From Bacteroidales bacterium (lineage in GTDB: Bacteria; Bacteroidota; Bacteroidia; Bacteroidales; PUMT01): 64,000 nucleotides of DNA. Both the position numbers and the translations under genes were made by a program. The stretch is from contig SLKJ01000008.1 of NCBI GenBank assembly GCA_007134675.1, positions 10,012-74,011 on the forward strand. The letters are read 5' to 3'. The notes under the pieces were generated by a model. The model was given only the letters and a program-made list of their open reading frames with translations. It was not told the origin of the DNA and did no database searches. Of this stretch, positions 46,977-56,238 are shown piece by piece. The first letter of the stretch is position 1; each line of letters begins with the position of its first letter.

Positions 46977-48482
46977 ATGATATTTCTCTGGATTGTACTC
47001 GGCTACCTCGCATTATTAATGGGGATTTCTGTGTATAAAAGCTTTGCAGTAAAGGGTCAGGATGACTTTATGGTGGCCGGCCGCTCTGTTCCGACTTATA
47101 AACTTGTCGGGACACTTCTTTGTACCTGGATAGGGTCGGGCAGCCTTCTTGCCGGAGCAGGTCTTGCAGCCCGTATAGGGCTTCCCGCATTGTGGATGGC
47201 TGCCGGAGCGTGGACCGGTATCGTCATTGTTTTCTTCCTGGCTGCAAGAGTAAGGAGGATTGCCCAGTACACCGTGCCGGACATACTTGAGTTGCGATAT
47301 AATAAATGGGCAAGGATACTGGGTACATTTGTCATAGTAATAGCTTACACCACTATTGTAGGATATCAGTTCAGAGGTGGCGGGTTTGTTCTTAACCTGG
47401 TAGCGGGAGTACCAGAATGGCAGGGGGTAATCATCACTGCCATGTTCATAATATTGTTTACAGCGTTTGCTGGTATGATCTCCATTGTATCTGTTGATAT
47501 TATTAACGGTGCTATCATAACGCTTGCAGTCATTATTGCTGTTCCGCTGATTTACACCAATATAGGAGGAGCAGAACATTTATCAGCCAATCTCGATCCT
47601 GGCATGCTTACGGTTTTTGGCGACAGCAATTTCTTGCTGGCAATGGGGATATTCCTGCCCCCGTTTCTGCTTTTACTGGGGGAGTCAAATATGTACCAGA
47701 AATTTTTCTCAGCCACAAATGAAAAGGCAGCCAAATCAGCTGTTATATGGTGGGTTCTGGGAACGATCGTTGTTGAAACGGCAATTGCGTCACTTGCCAT
47801 TCTTGCTTTCAGTCATTTCAACAATCTGCCCTCCGGATCTGATTTTTTCCTTTCGATAGAGAATTCCGAGCAGGTTATACTGCATACTGCAAGGTACAGC
47901 ACAGAGGTTGGATTGCCACTTATTGCGGGATTACTTCTTATAGCTGCAGCAGTGGCCATTATAACCTCTACCGGCAACAGTTTTCTTATGGCACCATCTA
48001 CTAATCTTACCCGCGATATATATCAGAGGTTTATCAGGCCTGATGCTGCTCAGAAACAGATTGTCATGTTTCAGCGGTCTGCACTGGCAGTGTTGGGAAT
48101 ATTTGCCTATCTTCTGCTAACCCAGTTCAGGACAATTCTTGATATGGCTTTTACCGCATATACAATGGTTGGGGCAGGACTGACACCTGTGCTGCTTGCT
48201 GCTTTTCTGTGGAAACGTGTCACAACAGCCGGCGGTGTTGCCTCTATCGCTACCGGAATGGGTGTTACAATATTGATCACTGTGATCAATTCAATATTGC
48301 CCGAGCCTTTTATCAGCACCAGTTATATTGTGATCCCTGCTGCTGGTGCATCTGTTTCTGTTCTGATTATAGTCTCCCTCCTTTCAAGGCCCGATCCTGA
48401 TCATAAATGGGAAAAATTTTATACTAAAAAGGCATCACTCGCTGATGCTATACAAGAGCAGAAGCAGGTAAATACAAGATGA
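46977..48482 (+). CDS. Sodium:solute symporter (SSS) family transporter
   Basis: 501 aa with ~13 TM helices. The N-terminus DFMVAGRSVPTYKLVGTLLCTWIGSGSLLG is typical of the SSS family. Confidence 0.8.
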   Translation: MIFLWIVLGYLALLMGISVYKSFAVKGQDDFMVAGRSVPTYKLVGTLLCTWIGSGSLLAGAGLAARIGLPALWMAAGAWTGIVIVFFLAARVRRIAQYTVPDILELRYNKWARILGTFVIVIAYTTIVGYQFRGGGFVLNLVAGVPEWQGVIITAMFIILFTAFAGMISIVSVDIINGAIITLAVIIAVPLIYTNIGGAEHLSANLDPGMLTVFGDSNFLLAMGIFLPPFLLLLGESNMYQKFFSATNEKAAKSAVIWWVLGTIVVETAIASLAILAFSHFNNLPSGSDFFLSIENSEQVILHTARYSTEVGLPLIAGLLLIAAAVAIITSTGNSFLMAPSTNLTRDIYQRFIRPDAAQKQIVMFQRSALAVLGIFAYLLLTQFRTILDMAFTAYTMVGAGLTPVLLAAFLWKRVTTAGGVASIATGMGVTILITVINSILPEPFISTSYIVIPAAGASVSVLIIVSLLSRPDPDHKWEKFYTKKASLADAIQEQKQVNTR

Positions 48483-48773
48483 AAACTTTCCTTTTTTTCT
48501 ACAGGGACAGGATTTGTTATTAACATTTTACTAACAGCTTCCTGCCCGGTGGTTCAACACTGATCGAGGGAATGAACAGGGTTATTGTTGATAACTATGA
48601 AACCTGTTAATATTGATTGTCAGTAAACTTGTGTCACATTTTTTAAAAAACTGAACCTCTTTTCAGGAGATGTTATTATCAGACAACCTGTTATGCAACC
48701 AGGTTAAAACCATGGCAGCTCTGAAAGTCCATTCCCGGTATTGGTCAGTTCAGTCCTGCCGCAAAATAATCAG

Positions 48774-49640
48774 ATGATGTACAGATCATTATGGAAAATT
48801 TTCGGTAAATCTGTTTGCTCATTGAACTTCTTCAGCAAAAAAGGGATACAGTTTTTCAGGACAAGCGGGTTTCGTTACAGAGATTACATTATAAGTGACT
48901 TCTGTAAAGATGAAATTGAGAAGGCCGGTTTTGTTCAAATAGATTTTCCTTCAGAAGACCAGACGGTGCAATCATGGTCACTGCGTATCTCTGTCGATGA
49001 ACTCCGAAACAGGATAACCGGGGAGGAAAAGGAGTATCCTTCGGGAATACTTGTGTTACCTGTAAGAACTGATGAATTCCGGTTTGTCACTTCTGTAACG
49101 TCTGACAGATATTCCCGGCAGGCGTCTGCTTCAATCGGTACACCAGTCGCCATTTTTTCCTACAGCAACCAGATAAGCAGTCTCTATATGAAAACCGGGA
49201 TGATCTCTTCCTGTATCAAAGTTAATGGAGAAGAGTTCATTTTAGTTGAATCATCTTTTGAACAGGGGAATTCAGGTTCACCTCTGGTCAATGCAACTAA
49301 TGGAAAGGTATTAGGGGTTATGTCGGATTGCTTTTTATCTCCTTATAAAAAGCACAAGCAAATTAAGATGATTATTGAAAAGAATATCCGAATACTTAAA
49401 AATGCAACCGGGAAATGTCAACACGGGGATATAGATCCCGTTCAGGTGCTTACAGCTAATCAGTATATGATAAAGCATCTTGCCAGGGATATTTACCTTT
49501 CGTCGCAGAGGAATTATGGTGTTGCGGTACCGATTCAGAAGGTATCCAGGTATATAAGGAATCTGGAGCACAGAAATCAGATAACGATAAGCCATAAAAC
49601 CGGAATTAATCAGAAGAGTCAGAGAATAGCTGGCTGTTAA
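48774..49640 (+). CDS. Trypsin-fold (S1/PF13365-like) protein, catalytic triad apparently incomplete
   Basis: The ORF is open from 48741 (TTG), and the first ATG is at 48774. ILVESSFEQGNSGSPLVNATNGKVLGVMS is the serine-protease active-site segment. There is no His anywhere N-terminal of it. No signal peptide is evident. Confidence 0.6.
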   Translation: MMYRSLWKIFGKSVCSLNFFSKKGIQFFRTSGFRYRDYIISDFCKDEIEKAGFVQIDFPSEDQTVQSWSLRISVDELRNRITGEEKEYPSGILVLPVRTDEFRFVTSVTSDRYSRQASASIGTPVAIFSYSNQISSLYMKTGMISSCIKVNGEEFILVESSFEQGNSGSPLVNATNGKVLGVMSDCFLSPYKKHKQIKMIIEKNIRILKNATGKCQHGDIDPVQVLTANQYMIKHLARDIYLSSQRNYGVAVPIQKVSRYIRNLEHRNQITISHKTGINQKSQRIAGC

Positions 49641-49643
49641 TAT

Positions 49644-49853
49644 CTAAAGTTCTTCCTGATCAAAGTCTTTCATAATATTCTCAATATCCTTCTCTGTAAC
49701 ATGAAGTTTTTCTTTGCAAAGCTTCAGCAGATAATAGGCCCGCTTTACCTTATCCGACAAATCGTCAACATCCAGTTCCTCGTTTTCGATCTGATGCAGG
49801 ATTAGTTCTATCTCTTTAACAGCTTCGGTATAGCTTATGCTTTTTTTGGACAT
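49644..49853 (-). CDS. xseB: Exodeoxyribonuclease VII small subunit
   Basis: The start at 49853 gives MSKKSISYTEAVKEIELILHQIENEELDVDDLSDKVKRAYYLLKLCKEKL (69 aa), the typical XseB helical hairpin. The upstream 27 codons of the longest ORF overlap the kinase gene end. Confidence 0.85.
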   Translation of the reverse strand: MSKKSISYTEAVKEIELILHQIENEELDVDDLSDKVKRAYYLLKLCKEKLHVTEKDIENIMKDFDQEEL

Positions 49854-49884
49854 TTTGCAATCGGTTTTAAAATTATGCACCATC

Positions 49885-51861
49885 TTACCGTCGGGGCAGA
49901 GCAAACCAGAAAGTGCTGCCTCTGCCCGTTTCACTTTCCAGACTGATCCTTCCTCCGGTCTTTTCTATAAGCTCTTTACACAGAATCAGTCCCAGACCAC
50001 CTCCATCTTCATTGTTTGTTCCTTTTCTGCATATGTCTCCATCGATGTTAAACAGCTTTTTCTGCATTTCATCCGGGATTCCGATTCCGGTATCAGAAAC
50101 CTTAACAATAACTTCACCATTTTTATTATTTGCCGTAATATCAATACTGCCTCCTTTGGGAGTAAATTTTATGGCATTGTCAATCAGGTTTCTGATTACG
50201 CTTGATAATATAAGCTTATCTGAGTTAACAATCATCTCATCAGGTAATTCTGCAGAAATGCTTATCTGTTTTCTTTGGGCACTTAACCGGTAAAAACTGA
50301 TCTCTGAGTGGATAAGGCTTATAAGATCAAATTGCTCAGGAAGATAATGCATTGTACCGGTCTGTGCCGCAGACCATTTAAGCAGGTTTTCCAGCAGTTT
50401 GTGTAAATTCTGCGAGGATTGATGCACTATACTTATATATTCCCGAACCTCCTCTTCTTTGAGTTCATGAAATTTACTTGCTATCATTTCTGAAAAGCCA
50501 AGAAGGGCATTAAAGGGGTTTTTCAAATCATGGGCAATTATTGAGAAAAACCTGTTTTTTGTCGCATTAAGCTGTTGCAGTGCCACTGAAGATAACCTTA
50601 ACTTATTATTGGTCTTTTCAAGTTCGGCTATTTTTATTTTAAGAAGACTGTTTGTTTTCTGGTTAGTCCTGAAACGGTAAGCAATTATCATTATGAATAA
50701 TAAAAGCATTATTAACAGTGCTATCAGTGATATTTTGATATTCTCCTGCCGGTTCAATTGCATATCCTGTATCAGATTCTCTTTTTGAAGCAATTCAATC
50801 CTGCTGTTTTGTTTCCCTGTTTCAAATATTCCTTCAAGTTGTTTTATCTGGTCGGTAATATGCTGGTTTCTTAATGAGTCTTTGAGGCTGCTGTAACGTA
50901 CGAGATAATCATATGCCTTCTTGTGGCTGCCTGTTTTTTTATGGTAAAGATAAAGTAGGTTGTAGTTATTTCTGATCAGCGGTTTTGACGATATAGATAC
51001 TGCAAGGTCCATGCTTTTGTTGATACGTTCAATTGCATGCTCCGGATCATCCATTGCAAGCATTGATTTACCTGTAAGATGATGAGCTAGAGCTATCAGG
51101 AAGGAATCAGACATCTCAGAAGCATAATTCAGAGATGATTGAAAATGTTTGACAGCCTCATTATAACGCTTTTGCCTGTGGAATACCTCTCCTGTTTGCC
51201 GGTGAACGATTGACAGATTTCTTAATTCCCTGATTTCTTCAAGAATATCCAGTTGCCTCACAAAGTATTCAAGGGACAGGTTATAACGCCCTTTATCCCT
51301 GTATAGATGTCCCAGGTTATTTAATGTTGATGAAATGAGCTCATTGTCGCCATATTTTTCCTTTGCTCTGAGAGCTCTGAGCAGGTAAACCGCAGAGGAG
51401 TCATATTGTTTCAATTCTCTGTAAAGTAATCCGATATTATTAAGGTATACTCCCATCCGCCTGTAGTCATTCAGGGAATCAGCAATCTCAAGTGCCAATA
51501 TGTAATTGTCAATGACGGTACTGTGGTTCCTTAAGAAATAGTGGACATTACCAATGCGATTGAGTGCGTCTGCTTTACCTTCAGGATAGTTTATTTCAGT
51601 GGCCAGCTGATATGCCCGGGTTGCATAATCCATGCTCTCTTCAAAACTTATGAACCATCTTGACTGGCTTATTTCAAGGAGAAGATCAACTTTACCCCTG
51701 CCACTTACTGTGGGAATAAGCTTTAAAAGACTGTCCGTTTTAGTATCCGGATGCTCTGATTGAGACGAAAGGAGAGGTGATATAAAACATAAACTGCAGG
51801 TAATGACAAATGCATACCTTACAATTTTTATGAATCCCCTGTTTTTTATCAACACTCTCAT
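49885..51861 (-). CDS. TPR-repeat sensor histidine kinase (paralog 2)
   Basis: 658 aa. The order is signal/TM, ~7 TPR-like repeats, a TM helix (ISLIALLIMLLLFIMIIAY), a coiled coil, the HisKA H-box FFSIIAHDLKNPFNALLGFSE, and HATPase_c (DNAIKFT, DTGIGIP, GGGLGLILCKE). Confidence 0.88.
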   Translation of the reverse strand: MRVLIKNRGFIKIVRYAFVITCSLCFISPLLSSQSEHPDTKTDSLLKLIPTVSGRGKVDLLLEISQSRWFISFEESMDYATRAYQLATEINYPEGKADALNRIGNVHYFLRNHSTVIDNYILALEIADSLNDYRRMGVYLNNIGLLYRELKQYDSSAVYLLRALRAKEKYGDNELISSTLNNLGHLYRDKGRYNLSLEYFVRQLDILEEIRELRNLSIVHRQTGEVFHRQKRYNEAVKHFQSSLNYASEMSDSFLIALAHHLTGKSMLAMDDPEHAIERINKSMDLAVSISSKPLIRNNYNLLYLYHKKTGSHKKAYDYLVRYSSLKDSLRNQHITDQIKQLEGIFETGKQNSRIELLQKENLIQDMQLNRQENIKISLIALLIMLLLFIMIIAYRFRTNQKTNSLLKIKIAELEKTNNKLRLSSVALQQLNATKNRFFSIIAHDLKNPFNALLGFSEMIASKFHELKEEEVREYISIVHQSSQNLHKLLENLLKWSAAQTGTMHYLPEQFDLISLIHSEISFYRLSAQRKQISISAELPDEMIVNSDKLILSSVIRNLIDNAIKFTPKGGSIDITANNKNGEVIVKVSDTGIGIPDEMQKKLFNIDGDICRKGTNNEDGGGLGLILCKELIEKTGGRISLESETGRGSTFWFALPRR

Positions 51862-54152
51862 TTGGGTATTGTAAATGTGAATTTACTTCCTTGTCCGGGA
51901 CGGCTCTCCAACCACATTTTGCCTCCGCTTTTTTCTACAAACTCCTTACAAAGAATCAGTCCGAGACCTGTGCCCCTCTCTTCGCCGGTTCCGACAGTGG
52001 TAACATTGTAATTAATATTAAACAGTTTTTTCTGCTCAACCGGTTCAATACCAATTCCATTATCCGAAACCGAAAACTCAATATGCTGCTCTTTCTCTTT
52101 TGCCGAAATAGTTACTTCACCGTTATGATGGGTGAATTTTACTGCGTTGTTGACAAGGTTCCTGATTACAGTTGAGATTATGTTCTTATCTGCGAAGGCA
52201 GTAAGACGGGCGCTGATATTTGTTATAATTCTGATATTCTTCCTTTCTGCATTGACTTTTACCGTATTTACACCAGTATCAGCAATTTTTTTCAGCTGGA
52301 ATTTTTCCGGTCTGTACTGGATATTCCCTGTTTGGCTCTTTGACCATTCCAGAAGGTTCTCCAGCAACTGATAAAGATTTGTGGCCGATTTATTTATTAT
52401 TTCAATGTAGGTGCATATCTGCTCCCTTGTAAGCTCCTTGTAGTTCTGGTTGAGCATTTCTGAAAAACCAAGCAGTGCATTAAAGGGGTTTCTTAAATCA
52501 TGTGCAATTATGGAGAAAAATTTATCTTTGGTTGCATTCTCTTTTTGCAGGTTTTTTTCAAGAAGGAGCAACTCTTTATTGGCGGTTTCAAGTTGAAGGG
52601 TTTTGTGGTTAAGAGTCTGGTTCAATTTCCTTCTGTATCTGTATATGGCCAGAATCCCGAAAATAAAGATCCCGGTAAGCAGTGCCATGCCCCCCAGGTA
52701 GAGTAGCATGGTATTTTGTTTCCTGATCTGAAGCAGCTGAATATGATTATCCTTCTGAAGCAACTCGAGTTCAGTTATCTGGCTTTCCCTTTTGTTTCTT
52801 ACCTGGAGTTCGGCAATTTTATTACTTGCCTCAATAGTGAAAATACTATCTCTGTAAACATCGTAAAGTTCATAGGCTAAAAGAGATCTTTCAATATCAT
52901 TCTTATCTCTGAACAGATGCGACTGGAAAAGGTAGTTTTCGCAGATTATATCCTTTGCATTTAAGCTGAGTGCCATTTCGAGAGCCTCTTCAAGAAATGC
53001 CAGTGAGCTCTCATAGTCATTCATCAGGTGGTAAAGTTCGCCAAGGTTGTTATAGTTATTCGCAAGGCTGTAATTGTCCCCGATCCTCCTGTTTATCTCT
53101 ACTGACCTCAGATATGATTCCAGCGCATCCTGATGATTGCCCAGCCTGGTGAGCAATATGCCCTTATTATGAGTTATTGTGGCCACACCCTGTGTATAAC
53201 TAATCTCCTCATAAATATCCAGTGCACGGGAATAATAGTCCAGTGCCAATTCAAAATCACCCTTCTCAAACCAGATGATTCCGATATTATTGAGAAGCGA
53301 TGCGACCCCCCTTCTGGACCCACCCTGTTCCTCGTGAATTTCAAGCGAAAGGCTGAAATAGTCAAGGGCAAGATCAAGATTATTCAATTGTTTATGAATA
53401 ATACCGATATTGTTTTTTACCGATGCAACTCCATTCATGTTGCCGGTTTCCCTGTATATCAGAAGTGCTTTAAAGAAGTTCTCCTGGGCCTGGTCATAAA
53501 GGGTCATTCTGTGATACATGCTGCCCAGATTATTATGTGATGCAGCAATCCCATTTTTATCTTCAATATCTTTGAAAATATTCAGGGCTTTTTCAATACT
53601 GGCTTGTGCATCGTCGAATTCATGATCTTCAGAAAGAATGGATCCCAGAATATTGGAGTAGTAGGCTATTTCCATTGTGTCGTCAAAAGCGATACTTAAC
53701 CTTAGTGCTTCCTCAACAAAATCAAATGCTTCTTTGCGGTTACCCAGAATGTCATGTACGAGATACAGGTTGTTGTAGGAACCCAGGATTCCCGGCCTGT
53801 CATCAATATCCAGCCGAATCTGCAGTGATTTTTCATAGTAATCAATGGCTTCCTGATAGTTGCCCATGAAGTATTCGGCATTTCCAAGCCGGTTGCAGGC
53901 ATCAGCTATGCCTCTTTTATTCTCAAGTTCCGTGGCAAGTTTGAGGGCTTCCCCGGCGTATTTCAGACTTTGCTCAGGTGATACCGTCCAGTAGGCCCGG
54001 GAGATATTATTCAATACATCTATCTTTTCATTTGACGGTGCACTTTCCAGTCTGTACAATAAGCTGTCAATAAAATCATTGTCAGATTGAGTCAAACCAG
54101 TTTGCTGAGAAAAGACTAAAAAGATGATCAGATATTTTGAAAGCCTTACCAA
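51858..54152 (-). CDS. TPR-repeat sensor histidine kinase (paralog 1)
   Basis: 764 aa with a TTG start. The architecture matches paralog 2 with a longer TPR array. H-box FFSIIAHDLRNPFNALLGFSE; NNAVKFT, DNGIGIE, GTGLGLILCKE. 4-nt overlap with the downstream paralog. Confidence 0.88.
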   Translation of the reverse strand: MVRLSKYLIIFLVFSQQTGLTQSDNDFIDSLLYRLESAPSNEKIDVLNNISRAYWTVSPEQSLKYAGEALKLATELENKRGIADACNRLGNAEYFMGNYQEAIDYYEKSLQIRLDIDDRPGILGSYNNLYLVHDILGNRKEAFDFVEEALRLSIAFDDTMEIAYYSNILGSILSEDHEFDDAQASIEKALNIFKDIEDKNGIAASHNNLGSMYHRMTLYDQAQENFFKALLIYRETGNMNGVASVKNNIGIIHKQLNNLDLALDYFSLSLEIHEEQGGSRRGVASLLNNIGIIWFEKGDFELALDYYSRALDIYEEISYTQGVATITHNKGILLTRLGNHQDALESYLRSVEINRRIGDNYSLANNYNNLGELYHLMNDYESSLAFLEEALEMALSLNAKDIICENYLFQSHLFRDKNDIERSLLAYELYDVYRDSIFTIEASNKIAELQVRNKRESQITELELLQKDNHIQLLQIRKQNTMLLYLGGMALLTGIFIFGILAIYRYRRKLNQTLNHKTLQLETANKELLLLEKNLQKENATKDKFFSIIAHDLRNPFNALLGFSEMLNQNYKELTREQICTYIEIINKSATNLYQLLENLLEWSKSQTGNIQYRPEKFQLKKIADTGVNTVKVNAERKNIRIITNISARLTAFADKNIISTVIRNLVNNAVKFTHHNGEVTISAKEKEQHIEFSVSDNGIGIEPVEQKKLFNINYNVTTVGTGEERGTGLGLILCKEFVEKSGGKMWLESRPGQGSKFTFTIPK

Positions 54153-54165
54153 ACCAGGATAATTA

Positions 54166-55554
54166 TCAATTATTTATGTTAATATTCAGCACTTTACTCT
54201 TTATACGACCATCGTGAAATTTAGTTTCAAGCACATCTTCAACGGCAATATCTCTGACATTCTTTATAATTCTTCCCTCCTTTAAAACCAGAGTATATCC
54301 CTTGCGGATTATTTTTGCCGGGTCCACCAGTCCGATTGTCGTTTCATACAGCAGCAGCCTTTCACCTCTTTTTCTGATCAGATCCCTGGTCCTGCCTGGC
54401 AGATTATGGGTTCTTATCTCCTCCATCCTGCTTTTCATTCTGAGGAAACAGTTTTTTATTATGAATCCGAAACGGGAATGATTTGAAATAATTCTGTGAC
54501 TATTTTGCTGCATAAAGGTATTGGCAGACCTTGCGAGAATAGAACCGTTTGAATTAAGTTGCCTGACCTTTTGCCCGAGACTGTTCCTGAGAAGGAGCGG
54601 AAAGTAATTTAATTTATTGGAGATCATTTGCTTATTTTGCTCAAGAATACTTGAAACTTCCGATGCAAGTCTGTTGCTTAGAGTCCCGATCTTTTGATCC
54701 TGCTCCTTGAATCTTCCAAGCAGAAACTCAGCCGCTGCTGTCGGTGTTTTGAGATCTGTATTTGCAACCAGCCCTGCTATGGTATGATCTCTCTCATGAC
54801 CTATTCCGGTAACAACCGGAAGCGGAAATTGTGCAATATGTGAAGCTATTTCATATGAATTGAAACAATTAAGATCCCCGGCAGAACCACCTCCCCGCAG
54901 GATTACCACCAGGTCAAAGATATTCTCTTTTTCAAAAACTTTATCCAGTGCATCAATAATTGATCTTTCCGCACCGTTTCCCTGCATAAGGGCTGGAAAA
55001 AGTGTGGTGTCAATATGGTATTTTTCGGGATTATTATTGATTTGATGCATGAAATCTTCGTATCCGGCGGCAAGTGGAGATGAGATAACTGCAATTCTTG
55101 AGGGGAGGACCGGCAGCAGCAGCGCCTTATTCATGTTTATGATTCCTTCTTCTTCCAGCTGCCGTATCGTCTCAGCCCTTCTTCTTTCAAGGTCTCCCAG
55201 AGTGTATACGGGATCTATATCTTTAATATTCAAGCTCAGCCCGTAGAGTTCGTGAAACTCAATTGTTACTTCAACGAGTACCAGGATCCCTTTATCCAGA
55301 ATCTGTGATGTGGAGGTTTCAAAATAGGGTTTCAGCAACCGCCACGTGTAAGCCCATACTGTTGCCCTGACTCTTGCCAGGATACTATCCCTGTCAGGGT
55401 CTTTCTCTATCAGTTCAAGGTAGCAGTGTCCTCTGACATTCTCTCTGATATCATTTATTTCGGCAACTACCCAGTATCTTCCGGGAAATGAATCGGTGAT
55501 GGTTTTGCCGATCATACCAGTCAATTCCAGTAATGAATATTTGGTTTTATCCAT
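54166..55554 (-). CDS. xseA: Exodeoxyribonuclease VII large subunit
   Basis: The start at M9 (MDKTKYSLLELTGMIGKTI) lies 4 nt after the rsmI stop. The OB-fold N-terminus has WVVAEINDIRENVRGHCYLELIEKD, and the catalytic domain has RGGGSAGDL and TGIGHERD. Confidence 0.9.
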   Translation of the reverse strand: MDKTKYSLLELTGMIGKTITDSFPGRYWVVAEINDIRENVRGHCYLELIEKDPDRDSILARVRATVWAYTWRLLKPYFETSTSQILDKGILVLVEVTIEFHELYGLSLNIKDIDPVYTLGDLERRRAETIRQLEEEGIINMNKALLLPVLPSRIAVISSPLAAGYEDFMHQINNNPEKYHIDTTLFPALMQGNGAERSIIDALDKVFEKENIFDLVVILRGGGSAGDLNCFNSYEIASHIAQFPLPVVTGIGHERDHTIAGLVANTDLKTPTAAAEFLLGRFKEQDQKIGTLSNRLASEVSSILEQNKQMISNKLNYFPLLLRNSLGQKVRQLNSNGSILARSANTFMQQNSHRIISNHSRFGFIIKNCFLRMKSRMEEIRTHNLPGRTRDLIRKRGERLLLYETTIGLVDPAKIIRKGYTLVLKEGRIIKNVRDIAVEDVLETKFHDGRIKSKVLNININN

Positions 55555-55558
55555 ATTA

Positions 55559-56230
55559 TCATTCCTTACCTGACACAACTACAACTATTTCTCCTTTTAC
55601 TTTTTTATTCTGGTAATGATGCAACAGTTCCTTAAGGCTACCCCTTAATGTTTCCTCATAAATCTTGGTAATTTCTCTTGACACCGAGGCCTGCCGTTCT
55701 GCTCCGAAAGCATCTGCAAGCTCTTTAAGGATCCGGGTTAACCGGAATGGTGATTCGTAAAATATCATAGTTCTTTTCTCCTGAGTCAGATCATCGATAC
55801 GTTTTTTTCTGCCTTTTCTTTGAGGGAGGAATCCTTCAAAGCAGAATCTGTCGCATGGCAGTCCGCTGCTCACCAGTGCGGGAATAAACGCAACAGCACC
55901 CGGGAGAGACTCTACTGGGATCTCCATTTTGATGCATTCCCTCACCAGCAGAAAACCTGGATCTGAAATCCCTGGAGTGCCGGCATCTGAAACAAGAGCA
56001 AGTGTTTCTCCCGCAATCAGCCTGCTGGTTATTGAATTGATCCTTGTATGCTCATTATGCTGATGGTACGGGAGCAACCTGTTGCTTATTTTGTAATGTT
56101 TAAGAAGAATCCCTGTTTTCCTGGTATCTTCGGCCAGAATACCATCCACGGCACTTAGCATTTCCAGGGCCCGAAAACTAATATCTCCAAGATTTCCAAT
56201 AGGCGTAGGTACCAGGATAAGCTTTCCCAT
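55559..56230 (-). CDS. rsmI: 16S rRNA (cytidine1402-2'-O)-methyltransferase
   Basis: 223 aa with MGKLILVPTPIGNLGDISFRALE, AEDTRKTG, SDAGTPGISDPG and YESPFR. Confidence 0.9.
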   Translation of the reverse strand: MGKLILVPTPIGNLGDISFRALEMLSAVDGILAEDTRKTGILLKHYKISNRLLPYHQHNEHTRINSITSRLIAGETLALVSDAGTPGISDPGFLLVRECIKMEIPVESLPGAVAFIPALVSSGLPCDRFCFEGFLPQRKGRKKRIDDLTQEKRTMIFYESPFRLTRILKELADAFGAERQASVSREITKIYEETLRGSLKELLHHYQNKKVKGEIVVVVSGKE

Positions 56231-56238
56231 TATATATC

